A DNA stretch of 64,000 nucleotides from an uncultured Eubacterium sp. (GTDB taxonomy: Bacteria; Bacillota; Clostridia; Peptostreptococcales; Anaerovoracaceae). Shown here one piece after another: positions 58,528 through 64,000 of this stretch. The notes beneath the pieces are model-generated. The model ran no database searches. It was given only the letters and a program-made list of their open reading frames with translations, and had not been told where the DNA came from. Made by a program: the position numbers and the translations under genes. The stretch's first letter is position 1. Each line of letters opens with the position of its first letter. The stretch covers positions 8,080 through 72,079 of the forward strand of contig CAMNSS010000003.1 in NCBI GenBank assembly GCA_946555345.1. Reading direction: 5' to 3'.

Positions 58528-58677
58528 ATCGTTTTCTCCTTTCCTCTTGTCTGTAATTTTATTATAACTCTACTTTATGTAGATGTCAATACTTTTTGTA
58601 AACTTTTTTTAATTTTTGTATTGATTTTTTCTACTTTATGTAATATACTTTTCTATACAGGGAGGATTTTTCTAATT

Positions 58678-59340
58678 ATGAATGATGATCAATATAAAAG
58701 AATTTTTTCCGAAAACCTAAAGAGATACATGGCGTTAAATAACAAAAACCAAATAGATTTGATTAATGATTTAAAACTCAATAAATCCGCTGTTTCTACA
58801 TGGTGTAATGGAACAAGGCTTCCAAGAATGGATAAGATTGAAATTTTAGCAAAATACTTTAATGTCAATCGCTCTGACCTGATAGAAGAACATGATTTCA
58901 CTAATAATGCCACCGGCGGCCTCAATCCCTGCGGCAATACAGCCCCCCTCCCAGCGGAGAAAATCCCCCTGCTGGCCGGATTAGCCAATGGAGAACTTTT
59001 GTTCTACGGCGAGGACAGGGAAAGCTATGTCCTCGCAGGCACGGGCATTGACGCTGATTTCTGCCTCAAAGCCAGGGGGGACAGCATGATTGGCGCCAGG
59101 ATACTCGACGGGGACATCGTATTTATCAGAAAGACCAGCACGGTGGACAACGGGGAAGTTGCCGCCGTTGCAATGGACGATGAAGTGTCATTAAAACGGG
59201 TTTATTATTTCAAAGACGAAAGCCTGCTGATGCTCCTGTCCGAAAATCCGCAATACCCGCCGGAGTGCTATAAGGGCGGGCAACTGGATCACATACGGAT
59301 TCTCGGCAAGGCCGTTGCCTTCCAGGGCAGTATCATATAA
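58678..59340 (+). CDS. CI/LexA-like repressor (Xre HTH plus S24 peptidase), divergent, cassette 7
   Basis: VSTWCNGTRLPRMDKIE HTH; GDSM (catalytic Ser), DGDIVFI, SLKRV (catalytic Lys), SENP; cleavage-site-like LAG. Confidence 0.92.
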   Translation: MNDDQYKRIFSENLKRYMALNNKNQIDLINDLKLNKSAVSTWCNGTRLPRMDKIEILAKYFNVNRSDLIEEHDFTNNATGGLNPCGNTAPLPAEKIPLLAGLANGELLFYGEDRESYVLAGTGIDADFCLKARGDSMIGARILDGDIVFIRKTSTVDNGEVAAVAMDDEVSLKRVYYFKDESLLMLLSENPQYPPECYKGGQLDHIRILGKAVAFQGSII

Positions 59341-59610
59341 GCGATGCCAGAGAAATTTGCCTTTCAGCCAAATGTTTCACCGCCTTCGTAAAATCATTGC
59401 TGCCTTTTATTTGTAATCACGTTAGGATGTTGTCTCACAGTGAGGATTTCAGCCTCCCTGTGAAGGCTTTGCGGCTAGCTCGTCCAAAATCTCAATTAAC
59501 ATTTTTAAATGTTCGTTGGGATTTTTTATTATTTTACAATATGATAATTTACAAAAGGCGCTTTGCAAAGAAATAAACGGGCTGCACAACAGTTTCAGCC
59601 CGTTTGTTTC

Positions 59611-59796
59611 TTATTTCTGTAATTCCTGGCAGACACAATCGATTCCTTTCCTGATGATATCGGTTTTTGTCATCCCGGTTTTTTCCATGCAAAATCTTAT
59701 CTTTTGCATATCTTCTTCGGAAAGCCTGAAACTTTCCCGGTAGCTTTTAGGATTGTCAGTAGGCCTGCCCATCCGTTTCTTTTCTATTTTCATCAC
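59611..59796 (-). CDS. RHH/CopG-like small DNA-binding protein, cassette 8
   Basis: MGRPTDNPK..ESFRLSEED...TGMTKTDIIRKGI. Confidence 0.78.
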   Translation of the reverse strand: MMKIEKKRMGRPTDNPKSYRESFRLSEEDMQKIRFCMEKTGMTKTDIIRKGIDCVCQELQK

Positions 59797-59805
59797 CTCT
59801 TGACC

Positions 59806-59869
59806 CTTGCCATGATAAACATATATATGATAATATATATTTAGTAATTGGGCGGTGGCAAGCCCGCCC
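59806..59869 (-). ncRNA. Candidate structured RNA element, third copy
   Basis: GGGCGG/CCGCCC stem with loop GCTTGCCA; complement TGGCAAG at 59812-06 just before the RBS. Confidence 0.45.
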
Positions 59870-59898
59870 TTTACTGTTTTGCTGGGTTATGCCCCTTT

Positions 59899-60054
59899 TT
59901 AGTCTTCCAAAGTGCTTTGAAGGTTGTCCAAAATCTTTTCAAGCCTTTGGTTTTTCTTTTTTTCATCCGTTTCTTCCTTTGCCTCTTTCAGGTCGTCTAT
60001 CAGAAATCGGATGAACCCGTTGAACTGCTTGTCTGTCATTCCCATGCCCTGCAT
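59899..60054 (-). CDS. 51-aa helical small protein, cassette 8
   Basis: MQGMGMTDKQFNGFIRFLIDDLKEAKEETDEKKKNQRLEKILDNLQSTLED*; MTDKQ shared with 53057..53191; TTGACT-N17-TATAAT at 60145-60117. Confidence 0.72.
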   Translation of the reverse strand: MQGMGMTDKQFNGFIRFLIDDLKEAKEETDEKKKNQRLEKILDNLQSTLED

Positions 60055-60158
60055 ATTGTCTCCTTTCCGGCTTCTTGCCTGCCTTACTTGTTAAGTTTTC
60101 CCTTAACTGTAATTATATTATACATTATGTTATGACAAAAGTCAAGAGGTTTTGAAAA

Positions 60159-60401
60159 TTATTTATGAAATTCTTCAAGGTCGCTGACCCTATGGTTTAC
60201 GACTTTTATCTTTTCTTTATTAATGCCCACCGCCTGTTCAAGCAGATAAGTGCGCTCCACGAGGTTGTTGTGCTTGTCCACTTTCTTTTCAAGTTGCCCG
60301 ATCCTGTAGCCTGTCAGCCTGCTCGACGCAATCACGCCGAACAGGGAGCCTAAAAGACCCCCCGCCGCCGCAATGGCGGCAACGATGATTTCCGTGTCCA
60401 T
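60159..60401 (-). CDS. Phage lysis-module membrane protein (TM plus coiled coil, XhlA-like)
   Basis: N-terminal TM, LEKKVDKHNNLVERTY coiled region; follows the endolysin. Confidence 0.6.
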   Translation of the reverse strand: MDTEIIVAAIAAAGGLLGSLFGVIASSRLTGYRIGQLEKKVDKHNNLVERTYLLEQAVGINKEKIKVVNHRVSDLEEFHK

Positions 60402-60412
60402 AGCTCCCCCTC

Positions 60413-61291
60413 CTACAGCCTGCTGTTGATGTAGCGCTGCCATGCCCTGACGGTTTTTGCTCCCATGTATCCGTCAATCTGCCCGCACGGGAAGCCTTTG
60501 CCCTGCAAAAGCCCCTGCATGGCCGTGACAGTCTGCTTTCCTGCCTTGCCGTCCGGCGCTGCCCCTGCCAGCCCCTGGATTGCCCGCACCATTGGCGAAC
60601 CGTTACCTGTTTTCCCGAAAGACCACGAAGACACAAGGCAGTTTGGCAAATACTGCTTACAGCTTATGAGCTGCCCTGACACGATGCCGTCAGCAGGCGT
60701 CCCCATCACCGCCTGGGTCTTCCTTGTGGTGTCCTTCCCCCACTTGCCATCCTCATCCAGCTTCCCCGGCAGCCTGCCTGATGGGGCTTCGCCTGTGTCT
60801 GCCGCGCCGCCCATCGCAGCGGTCACCATATTTAAAAACCTCTGCCATCCGTAAGCCATCGTCCTGTGCGGGCAGTCCTTGCCGCTCCAGTCCTTGTGCC
60901 GCCTTACCCGGTCAATGCCCCAGCCGTAAGATTTTAGCAATGAGGCGATGTACGCCGCCGCATTCTGCTCTGCCGCATCAAACCTTGCGCCCCCGGACCT
61001 CGAGTAGCAGATTTCTATCCCAATCGACTTGCGGTTTCCCGTGCCGTTCCCGCCGTCCCCGGCATGGAACGCATTTCGGTCAAACGGGAGGCAACGCACG
61101 ACTTCCTTGTCATCCACTGCCACGTGGTAAGATGTCGAAGAACTGTTGTTCCTCATGTAATTCGCCTCGTTCCTTGCGCTTGCGTCGTTTGCCGTGTTAT
61201 GCACCGTGACGTACTGCGGCGTCATTTTGTACGGGCTTTTCTTCCCGTACTTGCCGGACGGTACCGGCAGGTCAATTATCGTGTATGGCAT
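60413..61291 (-). CDS. Endolysin, N-acetylmuramoyl-L-alanine amidase (Amidase_2, XlyA-like) with PG-binding repeats
   Basis: TVHNTANDASARNE, HAGDG, SIGIEICYS, HKDWSGKDCPH; DG-x2-G-x2-T repeats. Confidence 0.92.
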   Translation of the reverse strand: MPYTIIDLPVPSGKYGKKSPYKMTPQYVTVHNTANDASARNEANYMRNNSSSTSYHVAVDDKEVVRCLPFDRNAFHAGDGGNGTGNRKSIGIEICYSRSGGARFDAAEQNAAAYIASLLKSYGWGIDRVRRHKDWSGKDCPHRTMAYGWQRFLNMVTAAMGGAADTGEAPSGRLPGKLDEDGKWGKDTTRKTQAVMGTPADGIVSGQLISCKQYLPNCLVSSWSFGKTGNGSPMVRAIQGLAGAAPDGKAGKQTVTAMQGLLQGKGFPCGQIDGYMGAKTVRAWQRYINSRL

Positions 61292-61313
61292 TTATTTTCC
61301 CTCCATCAAATTT

Positions 61314-61574
61314 TCAACAACCTTTTTTACTTTTGCCCCTGGCGTCCCCATCATCAACGGCTCCACCGTCCGTTTCCCTGCACTCCGGCAGCCCCGCCAC
61401 CGACGTCAGCAGGGACAAAGCCCCAGCCATGAGCGCTGCGGATGCCACAGCGAGCCAATTCACGTCCGTGACCAGCGTAGATGCGCCGATCGTTGCCACG
61501 GCCGCCTGGGCAACCGTCCTGATTGCCCTCGTTGCCGCAGCCTTCCACCATTTTTTGTTTATTGTTTTTGACAT
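61314..61574 (-). CDS. Phage holin (r1t-like)
   Basis: WWKAAATRAIRTVAQAAVA...VNW...LSLLTSVAGLPE. Confidence 0.85.
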   Translation of the reverse strand: MSKTINKKWWKAAATRAIRTVAQAAVATIGASTLVTDVNWLAVASAALMAGALSLLTSVAGLPECRETDGGAVDDGDARGKSKKGC

Positions 61575-61611
61575 TTTCTAAGACCTCCCTTTCATTTCTC
61601 ACCTTTTAGCG

Positions 61612-62784
61612 TTATTCAAAATAAGCGATGTTGCCGCCAAATTGTGCCACGGGTAGCTTGTACATGGGCGTATATCCAAGACCGGTTTTGTAAAATAAAT
61701 ATCTAACGTCCAGTGTTCTGCCTGTGCGAAAATAATCCACAAAAAATCCATTGCAGACGTTATGCCCGCCAGAAAAAGACCAAACCACTTTGCCGGCAGG
61801 AGATACCTTTCTTAGCGTAAATTCACCGTCCGACTGGTATATATATCCATCCTCATCCACTGTAAAAGTATGTACATCATAATTAGTCGTGCTGCCTTGC
61901 AGTTCTATCCGGAACACCTTGTTCAGATCCGCATCAAATTTTTCTATGAACCTCTTTGATGCCACGCCTGACTTGCCCATGCTAACGCCTGACACATATA
62001 TATATGCATTATCAGTACATGCTGCCATGATTTTACTGCCTGAAAATGTGTCCGTGTCCGTATTAAGGTTAACATCGTAGCTGGACATCAAAGTGCCTGA
62101 CTCCGAAAACTTTTTCACGCTCTGCAAATCCACAACATAGCATTCTGATCTCTGGGCTAGTCCGCCCACAAACTTGCATTGGTCCGCATTGGTGCTGAAG
62201 CCTCCTAAAAACGCCCCATTAATGTCAAATATCTCAAGGTATTTCCCTGTATTAACGATCAGTATCCTGCCCAACAAATCCATGTTTACCACTAAAGCAT
62301 TAGGGTAGCTTGTATTATTGAAGATCACTTCAACTGCGCTGCTCGAATTAAAAAAATATTTGCTGGGGTTAATTTTATATATGCTTCCATTCTGGTTTAC
62401 CGCATATATGTATCCGCCTAACATTTGCATATGCATAATAAAGTGTGCTGAATTGTTTACTACCGCAAGAGGAGAACCATCGCTTACCTTTTGACCGCTG
62501 TTTGCATTATACCTGGACAAACTGAGCTGGTAGGTAGAGCCATTTTGTACCTGCCTGGCAACATATATGTAGTCATATTGGTCATCATAGCAAACAAATC
62601 GGGGTATATTATCAGCAATCACCAACTCTTGTGCATCAGGCGCAGTCACATGATCCATCACCGATTCAATCTTGGTCACCTTCCTCGGCACATCGGTGTC
62701 CTGGTAATACAAAACGCCCTTTCCACCATCAAAAAATTCAATGCCTTTCTTACCCCCGCCCAGCAAATTCTTTACCTCAAGCAT
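61612..62784 (-). CDS. Putative phage receptor-binding/tail tip protein with beta-propeller-like repeats
   Basis: Repeated D-x2-G-(Y/N)-IY blades; position between tail genes and holin. Confidence 0.55.
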   Translation of the reverse strand: MLEVKNLLGGGKKGIEFFDGGKGVLYYQDTDVPRKVTKIESVMDHVTAPDAQELVIADNIPRFVCYDDQYDYIYVARQVQNGSTYQLSLSRYNANSGQKVSDGSPLAVVNNSAHFIMHMQMLGGYIYAVNQNGSIYKINPSKYFFNSSSAVEVIFNNTSYPNALVVNMDLLGRILIVNTGKYLEIFDINGAFLGGFSTNADQCKFVGGLAQRSECYVVDLQSVKKFSESGTLMSSYDVNLNTDTDTFSGSKIMAACTDNAYIYVSGVSMGKSGVASKRFIEKFDADLNKVFRIELQGSTTNYDVHTFTVDEDGYIYQSDGEFTLRKVSPAGKVVWSFSGGHNVCNGFFVDYFRTGRTLDVRYLFYKTGLGYTPMYKLPVAQFGGNIAYFE

Positions 62785-63610
62785 TTGAAACCTCCTGTTT
62801 CCTTCTCACGCTTAACAATACCGGGATGTCAACCAAAGGGACTTCCCCCAAGGCAGTCAGGACATTTTCCGCAGAAGACCCCATCGGCACCATTGCGCCC
62901 CATGCCTCCGCCTGCTCCGCCGTGCAGTCCACCGGCTCAATTCCCACATCGTAGGCGCTTTGCGGGTATGCTTCCTCGAAGCTGTATGTCTTTGATTCCG
63001 CATCCCAGTTTCCTGCCGCAAGCGTCATGGCCGTTTTAACTGCCGCTTTTTCAAAGCCCTCGCTTTCCAGCTCTTCCACCATGCCGGAAACCACGGCTTT
63101 CTTCCCGTCAAACCACTGCATGAACTGCTGGTTCACGGCTTCAAAATTTGCCGACACGTCAGCAAAAATATTGTCCAGCACCAGCGTCGGCGCATCAATG
63201 GCAAACCCGGAAACCGCCGCCCCGTCCCACTGGAAATGGCAGAACGGCATCTGGTATACATGCCCGCCTGCATCCAAGTCTTCCTGTACCAGGCCAGCAT
63301 CATCCAGAACTTTTATCTTTCCCTGCCTGAACTCCTCAATAGTGTTTTCCTTCGACAAATCAATTTCATACACAATGCGGTTATATCCCTCGGCAAAGCC
63401 CTGGGCAGCTTCAACCGTTTCCGCTTCTTCCACGCACAGCATGCGCCCGCAGGCAATGAAGAAGCCCGTGCCGATCGTGACCGTTCCCCCGCTATGCGTG
63501 ACCTGGCATCCCTTGGTAATGCCGCTCCGGCCATTCAGGAAAAAATTCTGGTAATGGGCAAAATCGGCTGAATAAAACGCCTGTTCCGAAAATGTAATCC
63601 CCCTGATCAC
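62777..63610 (-). CDS. Phage distal tail/baseplate protein
   Basis: MIRGITFSEQ...GCQVT...IGTGFFIACGR pattern of Firmicute siphovirus tail proteins. Confidence 0.6.
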   Translation of the reverse strand: MIRGITFSEQAFYSADFAHYQNFFLNGRSGITKGCQVTHSGGTVTIGTGFFIACGRMLCVEEAETVEAAQGFAEGYNRIVYEIDLSKENTIEEFRQGKIKVLDDAGLVQEDLDAGGHVYQMPFCHFQWDGAAVSGFAIDAPTLVLDNIFADVSANFEAVNQQFMQWFDGKKAVVSGMVEELESEGFEKAAVKTAMTLAAGNWDAESKTYSFEEAYPQSAYDVGIEPVDCTAEQAEAWGAMVPMGSSAENVLTALGEVPLVDIPVLLSVRRKQEVSNA

Positions 63611-64000
63611 TGTCTTCCAACCCCTTTCAGTTTTTCTATAAGCCCAACCTTTAACTTTCCAAGCGTTATGTCAATGGCATGGCTTCTGCTGCTGTATGCC
63701 AGCCCCGATATGATGGAATCCTTGATCCCATTTTTTGTTTTCACGCGGCAGGCACGCCCTATGCACAGGTCTTCTGCCCTCACCAGTTTTGATGATGCAG
63801 ACAGCCGGAAACTAATTTTATGCTGGTACGCATTGCTCGCAAACTGGTTTCTCGCTTCCTGCACCATTGCTGCTTCTGTCTCCGCCTGCACCATTATTAT
63901 ATCCGCCGTTCCTTTCGCCCTGTCAGGATCATCCACGTCCTCCGTGATCGTCCTGTCCGTCCGCAGGAAAAACTGCCTGGTGCTTTCATCTGCCCCGGAT
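63607..64000 (-). CDS. Siphovirus Gp37-like minor tail protein, 3' part
   Basis: Frame is open to the right edge; ends ITLGKLKVGLIEKLK. Confidence 0.55.
   Translation of the reverse strand, partial: SGADESTRQFFLRTDRTITEDVDDPDRAKGTADIIMVQAETEAAMVQEARNQFASNAYQHKISFRLSASSKLVRAEDLCIGRACRVKTKNGIKDSIISGLAYSSRSHAIDITLGKLKVGLIEKLKGVGRQ

Larger units (their letters stand above)
60159..64000 (-). mobile_element. Prophage late region (tail and lysis), continuing beyond the right edge
   Basis: Co-oriented tail, holin and endolysin genes. Confidence 0.88.

Noticed and set aside
61612-64000. Diversity-generating retroelement targeting the tail tip
   Set aside because: No reverse transcriptase or template/variable repeat pair was seen within this window; it cannot be excluded outside the window.

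Overview
Chromosomal window from an anaerobic Firmicute (Clostridia-like gene order), coded almost entirely on the minus strand. (1) 1-23.9 kb: a polysaccharide locus of more than 24 kb that runs off the left edge. It opens with a Gram-positive pel-type operon (pelD-E-A-F-G), is preceded by a galE 3' remnant and a G10 tract, and continues into many GT2/GT4 genes, a GT-C-like membrane protein, two DUF4832-like proteins, a GT2-pyruvyltransferase fusion, an FrhB-like oxidoreductase and an ABC flippase-like transporter. (2) 24.4-34.3 kb: core rimP-nusA-ylxR-ylxQ-infB-rbfA-DHH-truB-ribF operon plus yhbY. (3) 34.9-49.8 kb: housekeeping/accessory genes (MarR-MATE, M28 lipoprotein peptidase, ArcD-like antiporter, IS200 remnant, GntR-ABC, GNATs, YlmH, extended MtnN). 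(4) 60.2-64 kb: distal tail and lysis genes of a siphovirus-like prophage. (5) 50.9-60.15 kb, directly after the lysis genes, is the most unusual part: an array of at least 8 micro-cassettes that the ORF track largely misses. Most have a near-consensus sigmaA promoter with its own operator in the spacer, a 33-51 aa ORF, a conserved hairpin, often an antisense promoter, and either a second hydrophobic peptide or a ribbon-helix-helix gene, with an Xre/CI regulator alongside. Two HicAB loci with inactivated toxins are interleaved. All product names come from manual motif recognition; no database search was run.
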